Shown: positions 51,640 to 63,500 of the stretch, piece by piece | Position numbering within the stretch: position 1 is the first letter of the stretch | Layout of the letters: the number at the start of each line of letters is the position of its first letter | DNA from: Cetorhinus maximus | Lineage: Eukaryota | Direction: 5' to 3' | Length of the DNA stretch: 64,000 bases | NCBI RefSeq assembly: GCF_964194155.1 | Contig: NC_135879.1 | Coordinates: 192,138,001 to 192,202,000 of the forward strand | Notes under the pieces: model-generated | The model's input: the letters and a program-made list of their open reading frames with translations, nothing else | What the model was told of the DNA's origin: nothing | Databases searched by the model: none | Position numbers and translations under genes: made by a program

Positions 51640-52140
51640 AAAGAAAGACTTGCATTTGTATAGTGCTTTTCATAACCACCAGATGCCTCAAAGCACTTTA
51701 CAGCCAACGAAGGACATTTGAAGTGCAGTCACTGAATGTGGAGCCAGGAGAAGCCCATAGTCAACCCCTCGTGTTTGCCTCCCACCGCCAACCGCCACTT
51801 CCTGACCTAACCAGTGCAGTAACTGCAACAACCAATTTGCACACAGCAAACTTCCACAAACAGTAATGTGATAATGACCAGCTAATTTGTTTTTGTGATG
51901 TTGATTGAGGGATAAATATTGGCCAGGAACCATGGATAACAGTCCTGAGTTTCCCCGAAATAGTGCCATGGAATCTTTTACATCCATCTGTGAGGGCAGA
52001 CAGGATCTCAATTTAATATCTCATCCAAAAGATGGCACCTCAGGCAGTGCAGGACTCCCTCAGTACTGCAGTGCAGTGTTAGCTTTGATTTTTGTGTTAA
52101 AGTCCTGGAGTGGGCCTTGAACCCTGAACCTTTTGACTCA
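51640..52140 (-). mobile_element. Deu-domain SINE (SacSINE1/AmnSINE-like)
   Basis: AATAGTGCCATGGAATCTTTTACATCC..TTTAATATCTCATCCAAAAGATGGCACCTC..ACTCCCTCAGTACTGCA resembles the DeuSINE core; tRNA-like head near 52110-52140. Confidence 0.75.
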
Positions 52141-52873
52141 GTTTTTCATAAAACCAAGCAACTTTCTCATTAATAATGTGGGGATAATGTAATATATATA
52201 TATATATCAAATAATGTAATTTACTGTTTCACAATCTAATAGTCCTAACAAATGTCACCATTTCAATTCAAAACAAATAAGAGTCGAGCTGCAAAGCTAC
52301 TTTGGTAGAGCAAAGCTAGATAGATATTTTGTTTTTTATTCCTAATTTTCTTACTAACTTTAATGAATATAAGAATTTTTTATCATAATAAACAATCAAA
52401 TTGTAGCTTTTTATATTCCTTGAGAGGTTATAATCCTTGCTAAAGATATCCCCACACATCCTGAGAACACTTACTTCTATGTGCTTCAGCCACCCTTTTG
52501 GTATCTCAAAATACCCTTCTGTGCATATTTGAACCTTAAAAATTTGAAAGATGTTATATCGTTCAAGAAATGACAAATGTCTAATCCTGGTCTCACTGGA
52601 TATCCACACACAAGCACATTCCAGCACACATTATTGGATAACACCAACGATTTTGCTTTTCAACATCAGTGAACCAGGGAACGTTCATCTAAATCGTCCC
52701 AAACCCACTGCATTAATTATGCATTCCCGGGAAACATGCCGTTTTGATGGCGGGCGAGCTCTTATTCACCTGCCATGCCATCACCTCGCTTCATCACGCC
52801 GAGCGCCATATTTAAAATGCGGCCGCTCACGTTACTTTCAGTGCTTCCAACCCATGACAGCTGCACGGAAGAC

Positions 52874-54090
52874 ATGACCCTGAAAGGCAAAAAGACTGCA
52901 GCCGCCAGGTTTAGTGACAGTGTCCCTTTTAGACATAGTAGAGGCCTGCTGTGATGTCCTCTACTCCCGCTTTGGCCGCAGGATGGGCAGCAACAACACC
53001 AATCTGGCTTGAGAGGCGGTGGCAGTGGTGGTCAGTGCCAATGCCCTGCAAAAGGCAGCTACCCAGTGCCGCAAGAGGATGAATGATCTCCTCTGTTCCG
53101 CCGGGGTAAGTCTTCTCATCACTCTCAACTCACACACATAAACCCATCACACATCCACAGGGATTTCATACCTCAAGGGATAACACCACTAACCCTCACA
53201 CACACCCTCACATCTTCCTCAAACTCATATCCTCTCAAGCTCGTGTCCTCATCCCATCCATGTCTCCACTCAACACACAAACATTCCATTGCAGTGTCAT
53301 TAATTCATGCAGTGCCAAACATTCCATGCAGTGCCACTCTCACACTCCATTTGTTCCCATGCAGGAGGAGCCTGCTCACATCGGCAGGGAGAGGCCCAGA
53401 CCAGGGGTCGAGTGACCTACATTAGGCCCCTCACTCACTTTGATGAGCATGCCATCGCACTGACTGGTGAGGATGTGGACCAAACCTACAGTGAGGTCGG
53501 TGGCGAACACCCTCATGAGGATCCTGCACCACATCATCCCCCTCCTGATGCAAATCTGAGTGCTCCCTCTCCTGCTTTTGACTCTGCAGCCCTGCACTAA
53601 TTATCTCTACTTTGGTTCACAGGAAGCTCTCCCAAGTGACCGACACCCTCAGCCAGCCAGTCCCTCGGCTCCACTCATGTCCTCACCTCCAGCCAAGAGG
53701 ATGCCTCGTCCACTGAAGAGCTGGAAATAAGCAGCCTAGAAGACCCGTCATAGCACTTACCCACACCCTCCACCAGCACAGAGGTACACACCTCGATGGT
53801 ACCTATATCTAGAGCAGGCTTGGGTTCACAATCTGGTGGTCACCGCATGGACACGTGTCCACAGCTGGAGGAGCAGGTTTGGCTGAGCTCCCCGGCACTT
53901 GAAGGGCTGCAGGGAAAGAGGCATCTGTGAAGTCCAAGTCAGATGATGAACCTTAGGATTTGGCTTTCCAACCTGTCATGGAGAGTCAGCAGAAGGCAGG
54001 AGAACATCATGCAAAACTTTAGGAAGCCCTTAACAGAACGGCATGCGAGTTGGAGGAGAGTGTCCGTCTGCTCTCTGATGAAGTGCTGGG
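52874..54090 (+). pseudogene. Harbinger Myb/SANT-like (NAIF1-like) DNA-binding protein pseudogene with introns
   Basis: MTLKGKKTAAARFSD/LLDIVEA..DVLY..A*EAVAVVVSANALQ..TQCRKRMNDLL, GTAAG donor at 53106, acceptor CAG at 53364, then ER/AQTRG..IRPLTHFDEHAIALTG; contains stop and frameshifts. Confidence 0.75.
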
Positions 54091-54893
54091 GGGTGGGCAT
54101 GAGCTGACACCCATCTCTGCCCACCCAGCGATCACACTGCCATGCAGTACCTGAGCTCGTCTATCACAACTCTGGCTTCACTTTCAACTTAGCCAGCATG
54201 GTGATAATACAGTTTTTCTTTCGCTCCCCCATTCTTTCCCCTCCCCAAGTCATCCATTTCCTTTCCCCCTTCACTGTTGACCCCCCTGGCATCAACTTCT
54301 ACCTCCCCTCTGTGACCTACCAGCCACAACCCTTTTCTTTTGGGGATGTCCAGGTGAACGTGCATGTTCCCTTCCTTCTCAAAAATCCCACCCCCATCCA
54401 CATTAACCTCCCCGATCTCCTCCTTCCTACCCCCAGAGTCCGTGTCTGCCTTCAAGTCCCCATCAACCATCCCTTCTACTGTTACTGTCGAACCCTTACT
54501 CTTCCACCCTACTGCCTCACTCTGCCCTCGGTCATTCTCACCATTCCCTCACACCACGCCCACCTTCAGTTCACTCCCCAAGAGGCACAAACGGACTCAT
54601 CAGAGCCCTCCCTTGCACGTTCACCTGGACACCCCCACTCTGGACTCCTTCCCCCCCTTGGAACCTCTTCACCCCCATGGACTCCCTCCACCACTTTGTC
54701 CTTCCCCCCCCCAACCCTGGACTCTCCCCCACCTCTTAGTCCTTCCCCGTTCCTGACTCCTTCAGACACCCTTACTTCTTTCACCACCTTTAGTCCTTCC
54801 CCCTTCCAGGCTCCTTCCTGCAGTCTTACTCCTTCCCCCTTCATGACTTCTTCAGGCATCGTTACACCCTCCCCACTTTAAACTTCTTCCTCC

Positions 54894-55773
54894 TGTCACA
54901 GAAGTATAATAATTCTCATAACATTATTCTGATTTATTGTACAAGTAGGTTAATAGTTGGTGGGGGGGGGGGGGCGGTGGGGGGCGCGGTGTGTGTGTGT
55001 GTTTTAATTGAATTGGAGACAGAAGAAGCTAGGTTTAAAATCCTAAATATGTAAACATGGCTGAAGTCTTAGAATGTGAGTTGAGGAGAATTTGAATTTT
55101 TACATAAATCAGGGTAGTCTGAATTTCAAAGAGACAGTAGGATGTTACACCTAGCCAGAGAAACAGAATGTTTATTTTTCCCAAAGGTTACATGATAATA
55201 TTAGCACCATAAAATGATTTATATTATGAGAAAGGTAAAGTTCCAAAGACATATGGGAACAATGGGATTTATATTAAAAGGGAGAAACACGTATAAAGGA
55301 AAAGGAAAATGGGACTATGTGTTAGGGAAGCCATTGTAAGATCTACCAGAAGTGTGAAAAGCCTCCAGTATTTGTGCACTAAGCCTACTATTCATGGAAA
55401 CCAAAGCTGGGAAAAGCCATTTAGATTTTAACAGATCCAGGCAAACCAACACAATGCCCTGGACAGTAGAATTCATTTTTGTTTACTGCTGCCTTAACGG
55501 GGTGTAACTGGAAGCCAGATTAGTTAGGGGTTTTAGGAGTTATTATAGTAGTAATTTGTAGACCTATGTATGTAGTTGAAATCTTTTCTTTTGTTAATAA
55601 ATGTTTAATTTAGTTTTCTAAAAAATTTCTAAAGTCTTGGTGGACTTATTACTACTGAACTCAGGGCACGCATCTCAACATAAGTACAAATTGCAAAACT
55701 GTTGCGGTAGTGAGATTGAGTTTCCCTCGTGGATTCAATCCGCTTGGCACACATCATCTGCTGCATCATAACA
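54894..55773 (+). mobile_element. Solo LTR (880 bp), Gypsy/ERV-type
   Basis: TGT..ACA termini, 4-bp TSD CTCC/CTCC, TATAAA at ~55292 and AATAAA at ~55596; an AT-rich block that cleanly interrupts C-rich host sequence. Confidence 0.8.
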
Positions 55774-56763
55774 CTCCACCCCTACTTCTTCCTCCACCAT
55801 TACTCCCTCCCCTCCCCACACTCCTTCCTGCCCCTCCAGACTCCTTACACCCACTAGACTCCCTCCCATCGCCACACTCCTTCCTCCCCCTGATCACTTT
55901 CCTCCCCTTCTTCCCCTCTCTGCACTCCTTCCCCACTCTGAACTCCTTCCCTTAGACCAACAGCCCCAGTTGCCATCTTCTCTCCCATTACCCCCTCCTC
56001 CCCCATAGACCCTCCCCCCTCCTAACCTCCCCCTGACACCTTTGTTCCCCTTCTCCCAACCTCATTGTTCCTGACAGCTTCGTTCCCCCACAACCTCACC
56101 ACCTCAACACCTTCATTACCCCTCTCCTGACCTCACCCCCTTGACAGTTCTGTTCCTCCCCTCCCAAACTCACCCCTCCCCCCAACACATCTTCCTCTCC
56201 CGTTCGATCCTAGACCTTCCTCGCCCACCCCCGGCACTTCTTCCTCTCCAACACCCTCGACCATCACCCTCAAAAGTGACTTTCCACCTTCTGTGAGCTG
56301 CTTCATAGCAGAGCCATCTCCATGATAATCCATCCAGCATGCTATGGACATTCCTCCAGGGTCCCAGTGCTTTCGGGCTCCAGCATCTTCTGCTCCTTGG
56401 ATGTCTGCGATGTGTGCAAGGCCCTGGCAGCAAGTCCTGACCTAAATAGGCCTCTTAATTGTCGGCGGGCGCAGTACTGGCTCTCACACGCCCGCCGACT
56501 CAATTATCACGCGTGTGCACGATGACGTTGGGATGCTCAATCAACATCATCACACACTATTTTATGCCCGATCGGGTCGGGTGTGCACCCGCCCATGGGA
56601 TGTAAAGTTCTGCCCATGAACTCTGTTCCTCTCTCCACAGATGCTTCCTGATCTGAGTATTTCCTATGTTAACTTAAACATGATGCAAATTAATTCAATA
56701 GGAAAAGAAAAATATATTGTATGATTCATATGTAATCATATTAGAATAATTGTATTTTTTAGC

Positions 56764-56953
56764 AACTTTGTTGCTGATATCCTGTGCTGACACCTTGGAT
56801 AGATACGGAGTGATGAAGCATAGTTTGCAACAGCTTCTGTATTCATAGTACAAACAAGCATGTCCCGGTTAAATGCTAAGATCTCTTGCAGAGGTGCTCC
56901 ATCAGACATTCGAGAAGATTGACAGCCTATGGGAGTATCCCTGGAATGGAGCA
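56764..56953 (+). repeat. ~190-bp direct repeat, copy 1 (partner 57248-57433)
   Basis: AACTTTGTTGCTGATATC..GATTGACAGCCTATGG..GGAGCA is present twice. Confidence 0.9.
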
Positions 56954-57247
56954 ACAAATACACTTTGCTGTTGTTAGAGGCACCAGCCTTCAGTTTCTTT
57001 TTAAAAAACATTAATGACATGGTAACAGGTACAGTCAGAGACTCCTGTAACAAGAGAAGATTTTTCTTAATCTTGGGAGAACACAGACAGGAGGCAGAGA
57101 ATTTGCACGCTGCTGTCAATGGACCAGCTCTTTTCCAGAGATAAGTGCTCCAACAATCCTGGTTCTTGAGTTTCTGAAAAAGGGGACAACATTTCAGGGG
57201 ATGACACTATCAGGGAAAGAAGTTCACAGTCAGAAGAACTGCAGTGT

Positions 57248-57433
57248 AACTTTGTTGCTGATATCTTGCGCTGACATCTTGGATAGATACAGAATGATGA
57301 AGCATAGTTTGCAACAGCTTCTGTATTCATAGTATGAACAAGCATGACCTGGTTAAATGCTAAGTGCTCTACAGCACAGAATCAGACATTTGAGAAGATT
57401 GACAGCCTATGGAGGTATCCTCAGGATGGAGCA
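57248..57433 (+). repeat. ~190-bp direct repeat, copy 2
   Basis: Homologous to 56764-56953. Confidence 0.9.
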
Positions 57434-57829
57434 GGCCATTCTCATGTCGTCCACTAATGTCATAGCTTAATTCTATGAAGTCCTGAAGGTAGACAAAGAG
57501 TTCCAGGATCCAATGACTGGTCAGAAATAGACTTTGAAATAGCCATTTATGAGAGGGTTGAGCTTTCTGAAGAAACCCTACTCTTCTTCCAGTTACTTTA
57601 GTTACATTTGCCACAGCATTATTTTAGTGCACTTATCAAGCCGTGGAGCTCAGACATTTAAATTCTTCCCCTCCTTTCCTGAAATGCAGTATAGTTTCAA
57701 GGCCACTGACCAGTGAAGGTTCTTTACCAAGTGCTCGCTCTTTTTTTTATTCATCCACGGGATGTGTGCTTCGCTGGCTGGGCCAGCATTTATTGCCCAT
57801 CCCTAGTTGGCCTTGCCCTTGCTCTTTAC

Positions 57830-58200
57830 AAATGTTGCAATTTCAAGTTTAATGCAAGTGATTTCTCCCTCAACATTTTAATGGTCATCCCATGTAGGCA
57901 TCCATTCAACTCAGGAGATGATGGACCGCACCCTAGGTGTATTCCATTTCTGAATTGATGGTCCCTACATTCCAGCTTGTGATGCAGAAAATTGGTGTCT
58001 TTGTTAAGTTTATTTTGCCTGGCACATTGAATATCAACCCACCTATCAAGAAATGACTGGAAACTTCAAGCACCCATTGAAGTAAGCGGCTCATGGCTGG
58101 ACAGCACCTAACTGACTGGAGGCTGCACAGCGTGAAACAGGCTGTAGCTATCCAATGAGATGCCATGATCTTTCCCACCATCAGAAGTAACCCTTAGCAC
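57830..58200 (-). mobile_element. LINE (RTE-like) 5' / endonuclease fragment
   Basis: Minus frame FCITSWNVGTIN resembles the APE N-terminal (T)WNV motif. Confidence 0.45.
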
Positions 58201-58224
58201 TCGTAATCTATGCCAGTCGCTTTT

Positions 58225-58563
58225 TAAAAATTTGTTCATGGGATGTGAGCATCGCTGTCTAGGCCAGCATTTATTGCCCATCCCTAATTGCCCTTATTCA
58301 GAGGGCATTTAAAGGTCAACCACATTGCTGGTGGGTCTAGAGTCACATGTAGGCCAGACCAGGTAAGAACAGCAGATTTCCTCCCCTAAAGGGCATTGGT
58401 GAACCAGATGGGTTTTTAGGACAGTTGACAATGGTTTCATGGTCATTTAATTTTTATTGAATTCAAATTTCACCATCTGCTGTGGTGGGATTTGAACCTA
58501 GTCCCCAGAGTGGGCCTCTGGAATACACGTCCAGTGACAATACTACTATGCCACTGCCTCCCC
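58225..58563 (-). mobile_element. tRNA-derived SINE (full length)
   Basis: Homologous to 10262-10615 and 63161-63500. Confidence 0.85.
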
Positions 58564-59517
58564 TAAGCTTGAGAGTTTATAACTGGTAACTGTTGCTTCC
58601 TGTGTTGTGCCAATGATAAACCATGAAGCTGGAGTGTCCTCTCCAGGATGCAGGCCTGGGAAAATAGTTTGGAGAAATAGTTTGGAGACCCTTCATTGCC
58701 CAAGCATCAGGAACCCCCCACCCCACCTCTCAGCTTTGCTAGTATTGTCCAAAGGAAAAGGATAAAACCAGTACTGTTTGGTGCCAGCTCTGCTGCAAGA
58801 GTTGCTGGAAAGCTGCCTGATAAGTGACAAGTAAACACCTACTACATTTCACTCCAGATTTTCTGTTGGGGTTTGCTCCTTAGCCTTCAACTCCCCCAAG
58901 ACACCCACAAGGCAGTGAGGCTATGTACCCGTAGCGGGGTTTTGATTCATGGTCACCAGGGTGTAACCACACGCTGGTGGGCCTGCATGTCATCTGCCTG
59001 GGGCCAGGCTTCTTCCGAGAACCCTATAGTTTAGCCTGGGATTGTGAGGTGCCTAGTTTACGTATATCGCCACAGGAGGCAATACATAGGGCTTAACTGA
59101 TGGAGAGACTATCTACTAGCATGGAGAGGCTTATGCACTGGGCTTTCTTTTACACTATACTTGTACTGCTGGTTAGCGGTGAGAACTGAAAGCGAGAAAT
59201 GACAAGGAGGCTAACTGCTATGTGCCACACACTACGCTAACACACTTGATTGTTCCCATAGTTACACCTTAAATCTGGAAGCAGCACCTGCCTGGTAATC
59301 TGTCTTTAGCAGAGTTCTGCATCCCCAATAATTATTAATTACCATACATGCAGTAATCTGCTAGCATCCCAATACTCTCCAAATTGGCTGATATTAAGTA
59401 TAAACTGTGTTTGCAGATGAAAGCTACTATTAAATAATGCTAGGTAGCTCAAAAATGCTTAAAATGAAGCATGCCTTTCAATTGAGGAGGATAATGGGTC
59501 AGTTAACCTTTACACAA

Positions 59518-59795
59518 AAGAACAAAGGGACAGGATTCGACCATTTAAACCTTCAAGTTTGTTTTGCCATTCAGTTAGATCATGGTTGACCTGTATCTTG
59601 ACTCCTTTTACCTACTTTTTCTCTATATCCTTTGATACCTCTTACTTCACTAAAATATGTCAATCTCAATCCTGCAAATTTTAATTGAACCAGCAACCAC
59701 AGCCTTTTTAGGGCAGAGAGTTCCAGATTTTCATCGACCGTAATGTGAAAAAGTGCTTCCTGATTTTGCTGCTAAATGGCTAAACTTTAATTATA
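59518..59795 (-). mobile_element. CR1 3' UTR fragment
   Basis: Homologous to 9130-9400 and 28045-28280. Confidence 0.65.
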
Positions 59796-59999
59796 AGATG
59801 TTCAAGTGCTCAACTATGCTGTGTGGATAACCTCTGAAGAGATACAACAATTTCTGATAGCTTGCCAAAAGAAAATTCTGATTTCCAGCACACAAATTCA
59901 GCCGGTTTTGTCTGCTCATTACTGCTTTCAGCAATGTCATATCGTAACATATCAAGCAGAGTAAAAATAGAATCCACATACAAATATTCACAAAGAAAC

Positions 60000-60490
60000 C
60001 TTATTTAAACTATGCAAGAGCAGGAGTTTAAACCATGCAATAGTAGATATTGATTGGGTGTTTAGCGGTGCTTTTTCCCCCCAGAAAGTATTGAGCTTCT
60101 GGAATGTGTTGCCATCTAGCGTGGAGGGTGCTGCCTCCCTGCATGCCTTCAAAAAAGAGTTTAACTGTTTCTTGACTGGAGCAGAGATAGCATCATACAG
60201 AAGGCAAGTGTCATTATAGGTATTGCTTGGTCCATGTGACCTCCTGGATTGGTTTTGATGATCTGAGGGGTGTGCAGAGGAATTTTAAAGAGTATTTTTT
60301 CCCCTTATTCACCTTGTTTTTTTCTCTCTCTTTTTCTTTTGCCTCACTCAGGAGATTATATTGCTGCTGGGGGAGGTGGGTGAGTGGTTTAGTCACGATG
60401 CTCTCGCCAGCACGCGCATCATGACTAGTCACACAAGTAGACTTGATGAGCCAGATGCTCTTTGCCTCTCATTGGTTCCATATGTTTGTA
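60000..60490 (+). mobile_element. CR1-like 3' fragment
   Basis: FFPQKVLSFWNVLPSSV..AFKKE, like the CR1 ORF2 C-terminal motif. Confidence 0.55.
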
Positions 60491-61789
60491 ACTGTTGAAG
60501 CTTCTACTTCTAATCACCAATTCTTTTCACGTATACAATCAACAATGCTACATAGAAATATATGGGTAAGTAACAAGTTTAGATCTATACAGGATTCATG
60601 CTATACACAGAAGAAAACATATTTCTGTCTGTAGAGATCCAAACCAAATAACAAGTCACCATCAATCAGTGAAACAACAGCTGTGCTGACTTCTGATTGG
60701 GCAGGCCCAGCAAAACAACAATAGACAATTCTGTTTGGGAAATTCTGAACACAGCCCCTGACTTTCTGTCCACTTAAAGTAATAGACAACAGATCCGTAT
60801 CTGTGGTTCAGAAATGTTTTGACACTGTTAGTGGTCGACCTCACCTGAGAGTCCCCAGTTACAGAATAGCATATTTTAAAAATTCTTTCATTACAGACAC
60901 AATGAGAAAATCAAGAATTTATGACCATGTGTGAGCCTAGATATTTAACTGTGAAAAAGGACAGTTGAGTCTAATGTCCCTGCACATGCTTTTCTAACGA
61001 GGGTCAATGGGTTAGACTTCTAAATTATAATAATGACACTAGCTGGTGTCTTTCTGTGACAGGAACTGAGATGGAGAAAGAGTAAAATGACACTTTTTTA
61101 ACTTGTGAACAAGTTAAATTGCGTGATTAGACAAGCAAAAGCTTCGCATGAAACTACAATGTTAACAAAAAAGTCTTCTTTTATTAAATCTCACAGTACT
61201 GAAGGAGCATACTGTCAATGAAGCTGACATGTAACATTGTTATTGCAACAATTAAGACACAGTATCCTTTTTGGGGGCCTTCAATAGACTCAACTGAAAA
61301 CTATATAAAATTACAACTGTATTATGTTCCATGTGGACTTTTGTAATTATGTTTATTTGATCATTTTTCATTTGATTATATTTAAATGTAACCCTAGCTC
61401 TCCTGCTCACACCGTTCTCTGAAGCTGTCTCTTAAGTTCACAAGATAAGATACGTGATTTAAGAAACTGGCCCTGAAAGTTAAGTTCCAATTGTAAAAAA
61501 GGAGCACCCTCTTTCAAAGGAAAGAAATACAACATTGCTCAGAAAGAATAGCTGACCTTAAAATGAAAATTATCTCTATAGCTTTAATGGTATCAAACAT
61601 TCATAGGCTGAGAAGCTTAATAGCGTTTAGCATCATCTCCCTTAATTTTACATTTTGATTCATTCCAAAGTGGCTTTACCTTTTGAAAATGTATTATTTA
61701 ATTTTTGCAATGGTTATTTCAAAGACTGGATCCATTACGAGCTTGCATTGGTAAATGCGAATGGTACTCAACAGGTTGGTGAATTCATG

Positions 61790-62466
61790 GGGCAGGAATT
61801 TCGCTTGGCGTGCGGGCGCGTGCCTGACTCGCCTGAGCATAAAATAGCGTGAGATGATGTCGGGCAAGCGTCCCAACGCCATCGCGCACCCACGCGATAT
61901 TTTGGTTGGCCACGTGCGAAAATTGGCAGCCCACCGACAATTAAGTGGTCCATTAAGGCCATTAGTGTATTAATTAATCTGGATTTTTCTCTGCCCGTCC
62001 AACGTTACAGTTGGCTGGCGGGCGAATCGGCCAGGCGGCCTTTGGATTTTTGAGGAGGCCTCATCCAAGGGCGGGATGAGGTTTGCGATATTAATTTTTA
62101 AAAAAAATGTTTCGGCAGAATTTTTATAATCTAAGTGTTTAGGTGAGTGGGTCCAATGTGTGGACTTTTTTTTCCTGCATTTTAAAATCTTTATTTGATG
62201 GTTTTAAATTCGTAGCTCCCTGAGGCAGCTCTCTGCCTTCAGGGAGCTTTCATTGCGCGCTCCTCTGCGCCGGCGCTGGCTTCAGCGCTCGCCCTCCGCC
62301 CGTCCCCACCCCGGCAGCGTTGAGCCTTTCAGCGCACCTTTCATGCTGGCTGGCCATTAACTGGCCGGCCAGCATGAAATCACAGTCGGGGGCCGATTGC
62401 AGACCATTTCCCAGCTGCTCCTGGGCCCACACACCGCGCCCACCAGATGACCTCAAAATTCTGCCC
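61790..62466. mobile_element. PIF/Harbinger-type MITE
   Basis: TIRs GGGCAGGAATTT / AAAATTCTGCCC, TSD ATG/ATG; hairpins CCTCATCC..GGATGAGG and GCTCCCTGAGGCAG..CTGCCTTCAGGGAGC. Confidence 0.85.
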
Positions 62467-63032
62467 ATGTGTTTGGGTGGTTAGGAAGGACATTTAATGG
62501 ACAATTATGGGAGGCCAATCAGTCATATGGGGGAGAGCAAGAATTTTTTTTGTTGAATCCAGTATCGGAATCAAGCACTCCGAGTTGCACAAGTTTGGTG
62601 TAAGGTAAAACTTACTTTTCTGATCTAAGAAAACACTTAACTTCAACTCAGAAATGTGACATTTCTATTTCCCATGCATCCTTCTTGATGGTTTCCCTGA
62701 GTATCACTGCCAATTTCGTATTCTGGGTAGTTTTGTGCTGAAGTCTCATGCACTGGGTTGTGACTAGCAAAACTTATTTTACTTAGGAACCCTGCAGCCA
62801 GCAAATACAGGAGGCTTTTCATTCCCAAAGTCTGGGCTGTATTGAAACCAAGATCTTAGAATTGCTTGGTATCATTTATTTTTGAATACATATGAAGTAT
62901 GAATTTTGATCTTAATAAGTATGCCACCCTTCCTAAGACCTTCAATGGTACACTAGCCATAGCTCTAAAAAGCTCTCTTTTATGAGCGTATAATTGTAGC
63001 TTCTCTGCTACAGTGTTCATTTGTGACTCTTT

Positions 63033-63153
63033 AGCTCTAGAGAAGAGTCATATGGACTCAAAACGTTAACTCTGTTTCTCTCTCCTGCTGAGTTTTACCA
63101 GCATTTTCTGTTTTTATTTCAGATTTCCAGCATCCGCAGTATTTTGCTTTTAT
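63033..63153 (+). mobile_element. Short Penelope pLTR-derived repeat with degenerate hammerhead
   Basis: CTAGAGAAGAGTC-ATATG-GACTCAAAACGTTAACT followed by CTGCTGAGTTTT..ATTTCCAGCATCCGCAG, homologous to the reverse complement of 14185-14324. Confidence 0.8.
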
Positions 63154-63160
63154 CAGTGGT

Positions 63161-63500
63161 AGGGGTGGGCGGTGGCGTAGTGGTATTGGCACTGACTAGT
63201 ATTCCAGAGACCCAGGGTAATGCTCTGGGGGATCTGGGTTTGAATCCCACCACAGCAGATGGTGACATTTGAATTCAATAAAAATCTGGAATTAAAAGTC
63301 TGATGGTGACTGTGAAACCATTGCCGATTGTTGTAAAAACCCATCTGGTTCACTAATGCCCTTTAGGGAAAGAAATCTACAAGTGACTCCAGACTCACAG
63401 CAATGTGGTTGACTCTTAAATGCCCTCTGAACAAGGGCACTTAGGGATGGGCAATAAATGCTGGCCTAGCCAGCAACGCCTGCATCCCATGAATGAATTT
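63161..63500 (+). mobile_element. tRNA-derived SINE (full length)
   Basis: A-box GGTGGCGTAGTGGT, B-box GGGTTTGAATCCC, and tail AGGGATGGGCAATAAATGCTGGCCTAGCC..ATGAATGAAT shared with LINE 3' ends. Confidence 0.88.

Larger units (their letters stand above)
52690..56615 (+). mobile_element. Fossil PIF/Harbinger transposon (left end not resolved)
   Basis: Decayed Myb/SANT gene inside; the right terminus 56450-56615 ends AAAGTTCTGCCC and matches the MITE termini; C-rich low-complexity interior. Confidence 0.7.

Noticed and set aside
54198-54881. 227-aa Pro/Ser/Thr-rich ORF (and similar ORFs at 55710-56433)
   Set aside because: By-product of C/T-rich low-complexity DNA that lacks stop codons.
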